Assembly: GCA_051294375.1 (NCBI GenBank)
Contig: CM119266.1
Span: 25,913,956-25,923,887, forward strand
Length of the DNA stretch: 9,932 bases
DNA from: Paraspadella gotoi
Taxonomy: Eukaryota > Animalia > Chaetognatha
Direction of reading: 5' to 3'
Shown: one piece after another, positions 1 to 8,646 of the stretch
How positions within the stretch are numbered: position 1 is the stretch's first letter
Layout: each line of letters opens with the position of its first letter
Notes under the pieces: generated by a model
Told to the model about the DNA's origin: nothing
The model's database searches: none
What the model saw: the letters and a program-made list of their open reading frames with translations, nothing else
Made by a program: the position numbers and the translations under genes

Positions 1-422
1 TCCCACGTTCTAACCACTTTATAACCAACTCAATCACGTGCCAATGTACAACAGAGAGAGGATTTTAATACCTAAATTAAAATTATTATCATTACTACGA
101 GCAGCAATTTATGAGAAAGTACTATTTTTAGTAAGGGCTTACATCTCAGGCTACTGGTTATGACTAAGTAGAGAATTATTAAAAACGAAAAAGAAATCAT
201 TTCAAAGATTTCACCCCCTCGGCATTGCGTCTGAAATCTTCGCGCCGCAGTATAATTTAACGTCCCGGCGCAAAGAGTCTGCCACGCCGAGTGCCGAGCT
301 TGTGACACCGCATCATGCCACCTCTATTTACATTTTGCGTTGTCGTTGTTGTTGTTATTGTGGTTTTCGTCAACAAAATGGCAGAGATAGACCCGCGCCT
401 GATCAGAAAGGTTAAAAGAAAG

Positions 423-484
423 GCCGGGGATCGAACTTGCGACGCTCAAAGTCGGAGACTATCTCAACTACTACAACGCGAGGC
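423..484 (-). pseudogene. Degenerate tRNA-like sequence (tRNA pseudogene or tRNA-derived SINE head)
   Basis: Minus strand reads GCCTCGCGTTGTAGTAGTTGAGATAGTCTCCGACTTTGAGCGTCGCAAGTTCGATCCCCGGCC. It has a B-box-like GTTCGATCC, a weak A-box-like TGTAGTAGTT and TTTCTTTT just downstream. The T-stem and acceptor stem do not pair properly. Confidence 0.35.
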
Positions 485-645
485 TCCCATCCATCCCCCC
501 CCCCAAAAAAAAAGCAACGGGTGACTGAAAAAAAAAACCGCGGTCGCTTCGTCGACTGAGGTTGTTAGGTAAGGTCGAGTGGGGAGAACCGACCCTGAGG
601 TCACGGGTCGAATCGCCCGACCGAAAAGAGGGAAGGAGGTTCTGG

Positions 646-670
646 NNNNNNNNNNNNNNNNNNNNNNNNN
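646..670. other. Assembly gap (25 N)
   Basis: Run of exactly 25 N. Confidence 1.
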
Positions 671-724
671 GATACCAGACGTGAGTAGGAGGAATAGGAT
701 AAGACAAGATAAGAATTTCTCTTA

Positions 725-765
725 TCTCTCTCTCTCTCTCTCTCTCTCTCCTCTCTCTCTTCTCT

Positions 766-796
<31 letters not shown>

Positions 797-815
797 CTTC
801 CTCTTCCTCTCCCTC
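725..815 (+). repeat. (CT)n-rich microsatellite forming the polypyrimidine tract before exon B (second copy about 7148-7232)
   Basis: Imperfect CT repeat ending at CCTCAG (AG at 816-817). Confidence 0.9.
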
Positions 816-817
816 AG

Positions 818-1014
818 GCCACGCCGGCCTCGTAGTCTGTCTCGTGGAATCGACGATTCTGAAATCGTCTCTGCGGAACTCGAGGCGCCATCACAAGTGG
901 CTCGTCAGCGCGGAGAAGCGCGTCGGGAGACGGTCTTCCGCAAGTGGCGTGGAACTGTCTTGGGGTGTCGCCGGATGCGAGGAACGTCTCTCGTGGGAAA
1001 CGATGCACCGTCAA
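818..1014 (+). CDS. CFAP57: CFAP57/WDR65 exon B (WD40 region), indel-containing copy
   Basis: The consensus of the two copies, after correcting frameshifts, is about GHAGLV.SLSW..DDSEIVSCGTRGAIYKWLVSAEKRVGETVFRKW.WNCLGVSPDARNVF.VGND.TVK. It matches recalled human CFAP57 [32 protein letters not shown]...[21 protein letters not shown]. CAG acceptor; AA|GT donor. Confidence 0.88.
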
Positions 1015-1703
1015 GTGGTGGAGGGGAGGAGGAGGGGGGGAAGAGGGGGAAGGGGTGGTAGAGACGGTGGAGAAGAGTGCAGGTTGGGGTGGAGTAGTTG
1101 GTGAGATTGGATTGGTTGAGTCGCTTGCTGAAAGCCCGAAAATCTAATACTAATATCTAATATTAATTTATAACAACAGGTTTGATGGAGCGGATAATTA
1201 TTTGGAGAATTCATGCATTTTCGACTCGTCCGGGTTTTTACTTATTTCTCGTCGCAAAAAAAAAAGAGCAAAGAGATGGATAGAGTAGGCTTTTGAAAGG
1301 TGTTGACAGAGTGTTAAACCTGACAAGCGGTGGCCAGGTGGTGAAAATGTAACTAAGAGTGATGAGGATGGGAACTCGGTGAAGAATGAAGATGGAGACC
1401 GGAGACTGGAGAGAGAGAGAGAGAGGTCCCGCAATGGGTTAAAACCATGATTCATTTTTTGCGTAGAAATTGAGAAGAATTTCTGAATTTAAATGTAAAG
1501 GAACTACACTTCAAGGCCGGAGGTGGAGTCTGAGTTTGCTGAGTTGTGTGACGGAGAAAAGAGAAAAAAAAAATGGAGACCGTCTAAGACTGAGAAAAAA
1601 AAATATTTAAGATAATGATGAAACCAAAGCATCTTGTTCGGTCCCTTCGTCGTCGTTTCATCGTCTTGTGGTCGTCCGTCAAGGCCGGCTCGGCTGTACT
1701 GAA

Positions 1704-1766
1704 GTCGTCGGTCGTCGTTCGCGTCGTCGTCGTCGTCGTCGTCGCGTCGTCGTCGTCGTCGTCGTC
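1704..1766 (+). repeat. (GTC)n trinucleotide microsatellite, intronic (copies about 8120-8180 and (GAC)n 9205-9252)
   Basis: Directly visible. It is the source of the poly-R/D/T/V/S ORFs. Confidence 0.95.
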
Positions 1767-1925
1767 CCTTTGCACGACTCAATGATCTTTTCGCGAGAAA
1801 AAAGAAAAAAAGATTTTTTTTCTCGAAAAGAAAAACCGAGAGAGAAAAAAAAGAGGATTGATTTATGAAGGACAGCCACTTTTAGTGGGAGGAGAGACTG
1901 AACTGAAGAGAAAGGAAAGGGAGAA

Positions 1926-1928
<3 letters not shown>

Positions 1929-2007
<79 letters not shown>
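1929..2007 (+). repeat. (GA)n microsatellite, intronic (copies about 8344-8425 and (CT)n 8930-9039)
   Basis: Directly visible. It is the source of the SLSLSL and REREREE ORFs. Confidence 0.97.
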
Positions 2008-2018
<11 letters not shown>

Positions 2019-2231
2019 GAAAGAACACACCCCGCGCACAGGTTATAAATCTGTCGGTTTCCTCTTTTTTCTTTTTTCTCCTCATTCATCAAATCATTTT
2101 TTCTTCTCACTATTTTATCTCTCTTCTTCTCTCCTTAGTTAATATTATTCTTTTTTTTTTTAAAAAGCCAAAACGTTTCCATCTTCTCGTTTTTTTTTTT
2201 TATGTCGCGTCTTTTAACTTTTCTTCCTCAG

Positions 2232-2291
2232 GGAATCATGGGATCACGAAGTTCAGAAAAAGTCGACTCGAGGGCGTGGAGATCATGCACG
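2232..2291 (+). CDS. CFAP57: CFAP57 exon C (short, about 60 bp), indel-containing copy
   Basis: TTCCTCAG|G GAA... gives about (K)EIMDHEVQKKVDLEGVEIMQ after indel correction. This bridges exon B (..TVK) and exon D (IVISNSG), as [21 protein letters not shown] does in recalled human CFAP57. Confidence 0.75.
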
Positions 2292-2779
2292 GTGGTGGGG
2301 GAGGAGAGGAAGACAGGGGATGGGGGACATCATGAAGGTAAAGATGGGAAGGGGGTTTGGGGGAGATCATGTTGGATGATGGAGGTTGGAAAAACGAGTA
2401 TGGCGCGTTCGGATAAGGAAAGATATACGGAAGGTAGGACGGGATGTTCTTGAGGCATCTTTTTACATTTCAATCATGTGCTTCCTCCACAATTCCTTTC
2501 TTACAGATTTTCTCACAAGCTTCTCCCCTTACTCATTCCCTTTCCCTTCTCTGGTACGACACACTCTTCTTTTCTCACCCATTTTCACACTTTCCTTCGA
2601 TCACTCTTCTCTATCTCACCAATTCTCCTTAGGCTTAACCTATTTACATTTCTAATAATAGTATTAGTATTATTTTCTTCTCCTCTCGCACTTTTTCTCA
2701 CATTCTTCACTTATTCACACTTCTCCTTTTCTTCACACTATCCTCAACCTCTCCTCCCCCCCGCTTAACCCCAACCAAG

Positions 2780-2989
2780 ATCGTGATCAGCAACTCGGGC
2801 GCCTCCTCTTCTTCGGGACTCGACTCGGCACGATCCGCGCCATCAAGTTTCCCCTCGCGATGCCGATCGAATTCGTGGAGCATCAGGCTCACTCCGCGCC
2901 GGTCACCTCCCTCGTCCCACGCACGACGATCATTCCTCATCTCCTGCGCCGCCGACGCCACCGTCTTCGTGTGAAGGTCTCCGAGAAAG
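2780..2989 (+). CDS. CFAP57: CFAP57 exon D (WD40 repeat), frameshifted copy
   Basis: Mirror of the intact exon at 6095-6308. CCAAG|ATCGTGATCAGC ... GAGAAAG|GTGAGC; several 1-bp deletions. Confidence 0.9.
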
Positions 2990-3202
2990 GTGAGCGGAAA
3001 GATGGAGAGCGAGGGTGAGGGGAAAAAGGTGAGGACAAAAAGAAGGGGGGCCCCAATAGGGATTATGTGAACAGTTTGACACATGACCCCATGAGAATAC
3101 ATTGAAATTTACTAAAAGGTGAACAATTTTCTCGTTTGTTTGCATTTTCCTCTACTTTGCATCCTATACCAATTTACCCTCCACCGCCACCGTCGTTCCC
3201 AG

Positions 3203-3421
3203 GTCTCCGTCCCAAAGAGCGGGAGCTGTCCCACCGCGGAGGAGATCCTCATCACCAAATCCGACCTGGAGATCGCGACCAGCAGCTGCGTGCTGAGACC
3301 AAACTGGAGGACAGCGGCGTGGAGCGGGATTTCCAGCTGCGGATGAAGGACGTTACTACGGAGACAAGATCAAGGAAATTGACCGAGAATTCTTGCAGGA
3401 GTGCGATCAGTTGAAGGACAG
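3203..3421 (+). CDS. CFAP57: CFAP57 exon E (start of coiled coil), frameshifted copy
   Basis: Mirror of 5655-5877. AEEILITKSDLE and TKLEDSGVERDFQLRMKD fall in different frames because of indels. Confidence 0.9.
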
Positions 3422-3650
3422 TAGTGGACTAGGTTTTTTTAAAGCTTCGAAAATAAATAATCACTGATAATGACAACAAATTAAAGAATCATGTAATTTC
3501 AATTATTAAAATTAATTGAAGAATAAACCCATAAATAAATGTAAGGATGAATAAATGTCTAAACTGATGACTTGATAAAAAAAAATTAATAACATTCAAT
3601 CAATAAATCAATACATCAATACATCAAACATCAATAAATCATAAATCAAG

Positions 3651-3778
3651 GTGCGAGTCCCTTCGCCACGAAAAACAAACGGACGCCATTAGCACGAGGA
3701 GAAATTGCAAGGAAACGATGGACGATTTTTATGCGTCAGATGGACGAGTGCAAACCGAGTACGATGGGAATTAATAAG
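3651..3778 (+). CDS. CFAP57: CFAP57 exon F (coiled coil), frameshifted copy
   Basis: Mirror of 5290-5419. ATCAAG|GTGCGAG ... ATAAG|GTAAGG. Confidence 0.85.
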
Positions 3779-5289
3779 GTAAGGGAAATGTTGTGGCTTC
3801 GACTCGATCAGTATTGTAATTGTATTTCTAAATGGGTAAGTAGGATGCGGAAGAAATCCGCTTACGCTTACCTTACGCAACAACTTGTCGTCGATTTTAA
3901 AAATTAAATTTCAGATCTAAACTTTATTTGGCTCTGACGATTTTTTGTTAGACTTATAAGATAACATGATTAGAAATTACAAAAAAATGATACCCGAGGT
4001 ACAATAACAACGAATTCGATCACGACCGACGGCCCAATAATGCCCCGCAGTCTAACTGCCGCCGACAGTCCGTGACTGGAAGGTTAAACACTTGGCGAGG
4101 CGATCGCTTCCAAGGCCACGAGGTTTGCGGGACGAGGCCACCGCCACAGAGCGACGACGCCGCCGCCCCGCCGCCGCCGACTCCCGGCCGTGGCCGGAGC
4201 CTTTGGTCCCTGGCCTCTTGGCTCAATGGAATATAGGAAGCCAATACCAATTACTTCGTCTCCGATTCCCTTTATGAGAAGACGGGGGGGGGGGCTGGGC
4301 GAAAGGTTTAAAAAAATGTGTCGCTTGGTTTTTATGCCAGACAAATTATATAAAATGCGCATACAAACGCATGCTTGGAATGGGACTCCGTAAAACAAAC
4401 GGTTAAACAAAGCAGAACTTAAATGTCTTTTTTTTCTTCGTTTAGCTTCCGTTCAAACGCCTCTTGTTATCCCAAGACTCCGTCGCCCAAACTAATGTCC
4501 GTATTAGGGCGAACTCGCTTAGGCCTTTTGACCCTCCCACCCCTACCACCTCACTATCCACCCCATCGCCTTTCGGTTCGCATTTGGGTGTCTATGTCGA
4601 AGGGGCACGGAGCTAAAACGAGAAAAAAAGACATTTAAAGTTCTGTTTGTTTAACCGTTTGTTTTACCGAGTCCCATTCCAAGCATGCGTATTTGTATGC
4701 GCATTTTATATAATTTATCTGCATAAAAACCAAGCGACACATTTTTTTAAACTTTCGCCCCAGCCCCCCCCCCCCCGTCTCTCATAAGGGAATTCGGAGA
4801 CGAAGTAATTGGTTATTGGCTTCCTATATTCCATTGAGCCAAGAGGCCAGGGACCAAAAGGCTCGGACGGCGGGAGTCGGCGGCGGCGGCGGCGGCGGCG
4901 TCGTCGTCTGTGGCGGTGGCCTTCGTCCCGCAAACCTCGGTGGCCTTGGAAAGCGATCGCTCGCCAAGTGTTTAACCTCTCCAGTCACGGACTGTCGGCC
5001 GGCAGTAGACTGCGGGGCATTATTGGGCCGTCGGTCGTGATCGATGTCGTTGTTATTGTACATCGGGTATCATTTTTTTGTAATTTCTAATCATTGTTAT
5101 CTTATAATGTCATAACAAAAAATCGTTCAGAGCCAAATAAAGTTTAGATCTGAAATTTAATTTTTAAAATCGACGACAAAGTTGTTGCGTAAGCGTAAGC
5201 GTAAGCGGATTTCTTCCGCATCCTACTTACCATTTACGAAATACAATTTACAATAACTGATCGAGTCGAAGCCACAACATTTCCCTTAC

Positions 5290-5419
5290 CCTTATTAACT
5301 TTCCCTCGTACTCGGTTTGCAACTCGTCCATCTGACGCATAAAATCGTCCATCGTTTCTTGCAATTTCTCCTCGTGCTTAATGGCGTCCGTTTGTTTTTC
5401 GTGGCGAAGGGACTCGCAC
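5290..5419 (-). CDS. CFAP57: CFAP57 exon F, intact (130 bp, phase 2 to 0)
   Basis: Hand translation: (R)CESLRHEKQTDAIKHEEKLQETMDDFMRQMDELQTEYEGKLIR, AAG acceptor, GTAAGG donor. Colinear with recalled human KNQVLRTEKEKQD...QSRELQDMECCNNQKLL. Not listed in the ORF track. Confidence 0.88.
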
Positions 5420-5420
5420 C

Positions 5421-5474
5421 TTGATTTATTGATTTATTGATGTATTGATGTATTGATGTATTGATTTATTGATT
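5421..5474. repeat. 8-bp tandem repeat (TTGATKTA)x6 plus a partial unit, abutting the exon F acceptor (mirror about 3594-3649)
   Basis: ttgattta ttgattta ttgatgta ttgatgta ttgatgta ttgattta ttgatt. Confidence 0.92.
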
Positions 5475-5654
5475 GAATGGTTATTAATTTTTTTTTATCA
5501 AGTCATCAGTTTAGACATTTATTCATCCTTACATTTATTTATGGGTTTATTCCTTCAATTAATTTTAATAATTGAAAATACTATGATTCTTTAATTTGTT
5601 GTCATTTATCAGTGATTATTTATTTTCGAAGCATTTAAAAAACCTAGTCACTAC

Positions 5655-5877
5655 CTGTCCTTCAACTGATCGCACTCCTGCAAGAATTTCTCGGTCAATT
5701 CCTTGATCTTGTCTCCGTAGTAAACGTCCTTCATCCGCAGCTGGAAATCCCGCTCCACGCCGCTGTCCTCCAGTTTGGTCTGCAGCATCCGCAGCTGCTG
5801 GTCGCGACTCTCCAGGTCGGATTTGGTGATGAGGATCTCCTCCGCGTAGGGACACTCCCGCTCTTTGGGACGGAAGC
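5655..5877 (-). CDS. CFAP57: CFAP57 exon E, intact (223 bp, phase 1 to 2)
   Basis: (G)FRPKERECPYAEEILITKSDLESRDQQLRMLQTKLEDSGVERDFQLRMKDVYYGDKIKELTEKFLQECDQLKD(R). Strong match to recalled CFAP57 motifs AEEVLVTKTDMEEK and [25 protein letters not shown]. AAG acceptor, GTAGTG donor. Confidence 0.95.
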
Positions 5878-6094
5878 CTTGGGGAACGACGGTGGCGGTG
5901 GAGGGTAAATTGGGTATAGGATGCAAAGTAGAGAGAAAGATGAAACAAACGAGAAAATTGTTCACCTTTTAGTAAATTTCAATGTATTCCTCATGGGTCA
6001 TGTGTCAACTGTTCCATAATCCCTATTGGGCCCCCCTTCCTTTTTGTCCTCACCTTTTTTCCCCCTCACCCTCCCTCCCATCTTTTCCGCTCAC

Positions 6095-6308
6095 CTTTCT
6101 CGGAGACCTTCCACACGAAGACGGTGGCGTCGGCGGCGCAGGAGATGAGGAATTGATCGTCGTGCGTGAGGACGAGGGAGGTGACCGGCGCGGAGTGAGC
6201 CTGATGCTCCACGAATTCGATCGGCATCGCGAGGGGAAACTTGATGGCGCGGATCGTGCCGAGTCGAGTCCCGAAGAAGAGGAGGCGACCCGAGTTGCTG
6301 ATCACGAT
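6095..6308 (-). CDS. CFAP57: CFAP57 exon D, intact (214 bp, phase 0 to 1)
   Basis: IVISNSGRLLFFGTRLGTIRAIKFPLAMPIEFVEHQAHSAPVTSLVLTHDDQFLISCAADATVFVWKVSEK(G). WD40 repeat (AH...D..L.S...D....VW) matching recalled human [26 protein letters not shown]...[33 protein letters not shown]. AAG acceptor, GTGAGC donor. Confidence 0.95.
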
Positions 6309-6737
6309 CTTGGTTGGGGTTGAGGAGGGGGGAAGAGAGTGTGAGGGATAGTGTGAGAAAAGGAGAGAGTGTGAATAAGTGAAGAATGTGAGAAAAAGTG
6401 CGAGAGGGAAAGAAAATAATACTAATACTATTATTAGAAATGTAAAATAGGTTAAGCCTAAGGGAGAATTGTGAGATAGAGAGAGAGTGATCGAAGGAAA
6501 GTGTGAAAATGGGTGAGAAAAGAAGAGTGTGTCGTACCCAGAGAAGGGGAAAGGGAATGAGTAAAGGGGAGGAAGCTTGTGAGAAAAGTCTGTAAGAAAG
6601 GAATTGTGGGAGGAAGCACATGATTGAAAATGTAAAAAGGATCCTCAAAGAACATCCCGTCCTACCTTCCGTTATATTTCCTCTTATCCCAACGCGCCAT
6701 AACTCGTTTTTCCAACCTTCCATCATCCAACATGATC

Positions 6738-6762
6738 NNNNNNNNNNNNNNNNNNNNNNNNN
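6738..6762. other. Assembly gap (25 N)
   Basis: Run of exactly 25 N. Confidence 1.
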
Positions 6763-6774
6763 CCCCCCCCCCCC

Positions 6775-6974
6775 GAGTCTTTACATGGCGTGGGTTCATC
6801 GACCGACTCCGCCTCCTCAACGTCATGATCGACGACATCAAGATCTTCTACGAGTCCCCATCAAAGCGACGAAGAGATCGCCTTCAGTCACGGGCGGCCA
6901 CTCTTCGCCGCCGCCGATCAGACCATCATCAAGATCTATCACACCACGACCTTCGAGAACGCTTACAACTCAAG
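6775..6974 (+). CDS. CFAP57: CFAP57 exon A (5' end lost in gap), indel-containing
   Basis: LYMA.GFIDRLRLLNVMIDDIKIFYE, then after frameshifts EIAFSHGGH.FAAADQTIIKIYHTTTFENAYN.K. Matches recalled human GFADKLRLMNLLIDDIRSF...[31 protein letters not shown]. Donor AAG|GTAGGT at 6975. Confidence 0.88.
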
Positions 6975-7234
6975 GTAGGTTGGGCGGGGTTGGGGGAGTC
7001 GGGACTGGGGGGCAAGATGGTTCGTGGAGGTTTGGGTCAGTGTAACGAAATATATAATTTATATAATCTAATATAATGGACAGGAAAGATTGAAGTTAAA
7101 CCAGACGTGAGATGGAGGAATAGGATAAGACAAGATAAGTCATTTCCCTCTCTCTCTCTCTCTCTCTCTTCTCTTCTCTCTCCTCTCTCTCTTCCTCTCC
7201 TCCTCTCTCCTCTCTCTCTCTCTCCCCCCCTCAG

Positions 7235-7432
7235 GCCACGCCGGCCTCGTAGTCTGTCTCGGCTGAATCGACGATTTTGAAATCGTCTCCTGCGGAACTC
7301 GAGGCGCCATCTACAAGTGGCTCGTCAGCGCGGAGAAGCGCGTCGGGAGACGGTCTTCCGCAAGTGGCGTGAACTGTCTTGGGGTGTCGCCGGATGCGAG
7401 GAACGTCTTCCGTGGAAACGATGCACCGTCAA
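7235..7432 (+). CDS. CFAP57: CFAP57 exon B, second copy, indel-containing
   Basis: CCTCAG|GCCACGCC ... GTCAA|GTGAGT. Encodes EIVSCGTRGAIYKWLVSAEKRVG in one frame. Confidence 0.88.
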
Positions 7433-8133
7433 GTGAGTGGAGGGGAGGAGGAGGGGGGGGAAGAGGGGGGAAGGGGTGGTAGAGACGGTGGAGAAGAGTG
7501 CAGGTTGGGTGGAGTAGTTGGTGAGATTGGATTTGGTTGAGTGCTTGCTTGAAAGCCCGAAAATCTAATACGTAATATCTAATATAATTTTAAAATAACG
7601 AGTTTGATGGAGCGGATAATTATTTGGAAATTCGATGCATTTTCGACTCGTCCGGGTTTTTACTTATTTCTCGTCGCAAAAAAAAAAGAGCAAAGAGATG
7701 GATAGAGTAGGCTTTTGAGAGGTGTTGACAGAGTGTTTAAACCTGACAAGCGGGCCAGGTGGTGAAATGTAAAAGATGATGAGGATGGGAACTCGGTGAA
7801 GAATGAAGATGGAGACCGGAGACTGGAGAGAGAGAGAGAGAGAGTCCCGCAATGGGTTAAAACCATGATTCATTTTTTGCGTAGAATTGAGAAGAATTTC
7901 TGAATTTAAATGTAAAGGAACTACACTTCAGGCCGGAGGTGGAGTCTGAGGTTTGCTGAGTTGTGTGACGGAGAAAAGAGAAAAAAAAATGGAGACCGTC
8001 TAAGACTGAGAAAAAAAAATATTTAAGATAATGATGAAACCAAAAGCACTTTGTTCGGTCCTTCGTCGTCGCTTCATCGTCTTGTGGTCGTCGTCCAAGG
8101 CCGGCTCGGCTGTACTGAATCGTCGGTCGTCGT

Positions 8134-8180
<47 letters not shown>

Positions 8181-8359
8181 CCTTTGCGACGACTCAATGA
8201 TCTTTTCGCGAGAAAAAAGAAAAAAAGATTTTTTTCTCGAAAAAGAAAAACCGAGAGAGAAAAAAGAGGATTGATTTATGAAGGACAGCCACTTTTAGTG
8301 GGAGGAGAGACTGAACTGAAGAGAAAGGAAGGGAGAAAGTAAAGAGGAGAGAAGAGAGG

Positions 8360-8425
<66 letters not shown>

Positions 8426-8646
8426 AAAAGAAAGAGACACACCCCGCGCACAGGTTATAAATCTGTCGGTTTCCTCTTTTTTTCTTTTTTCTCCTCATTC
8501 ATCAAATCATTTTTTCTTCTCACTATTTTATCTCTCTTCTTCTCTCCTTAGTTAATATTATTCTTTTTTTTTTTAAATAAGCCAAAACGTTCCATCTTCT
8601 CGTTTGTTTTTTTTTTATGTCGCGTCTTTTAACTTTTCTTCCTCAG

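Larger units (their letters stand above)
675..2364 (+). repeat. Direct repeat copy 1 of 7101-8780 (about 1.7 kb)
   Basis: Colinear from CCAGACGTGAG (675 / 7101) to GGGGGTTTGGGGGA (2364 / 8780), with many small indels. Confidence 0.97.
2365..4452 (+). repeat. Left arm of about 2.1-kb inverted repeat (right arm 4607-6737)
   Basis: GATCATGTTGGATGATG at 2365 is the reverse complement of CATCATCCAACATGATC ending at 6737. TTTAGCTTCCGT ending at 4452 pairs with ACGGAGCTAAA starting at 4607. Confidence 0.98.
4607..6737 (-). repeat. Right arm of about 2.1-kb inverted repeat; highest-quality copy of the locus
   Basis: Reverse complement of 2365-4452. All three exons in it are intact. It ends at GATC next to the N gap. 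Confidence 0.98.

Noticed and set aside
423-484. Functional tRNA gene
   Set aside because: The T-stem (GCAAG/CCCGG) and acceptor stem do not pair, and the element is too short for a full cloverleaf.
315-524. 69-aa ORF with a hydrophobic N-terminus
   Set aside because: The poly-Val stretch comes from a (GTT)n run. The ORF is short with no recognisable homology or exon support.
1504-2110. ORFs with poly-R/D/T/V and SLSLSL tracts (also 579-1061, 8000-8498, 8799-9349)
   Set aside because: These are translations of (GTC)n and (GA/CT)n microsatellites inside introns.
2972-2974. TGA at a conserved Trp position suggesting a variant genetic code
   Set aside because: The mirror copy reads GTG TGG AAG. 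The TGA arises from a single-G deletion.
818-3778. CFAP57 pseudogene or real paralog family
   Set aside because: Lesions are mostly 1-bp indels that differ between copies, with introns as similar as exons. This is typical of uncorrected long-read error rather than evolutionary decay.
5187-5207. (GCGTAA)3 short tandem repeat as a telomere-like or regulatory motif
   Set aside because: Only about 3.5 units in an intron, degenerate in the mirror copy, with no supporting context.
5982-6323. Antisense ORF overlapping exon D (also 2707-3102)
   Set aside because: Shadow frame of a GC3-rich coding exon with no recognisable protein features.
2365-6737. Foldback transposon or large terminal inverted repeat element
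   Set aside because: The arms are ordinary exons and introns of a host gene. There is no transposase or target-site duplication, and one arm ends at an assembly gap.
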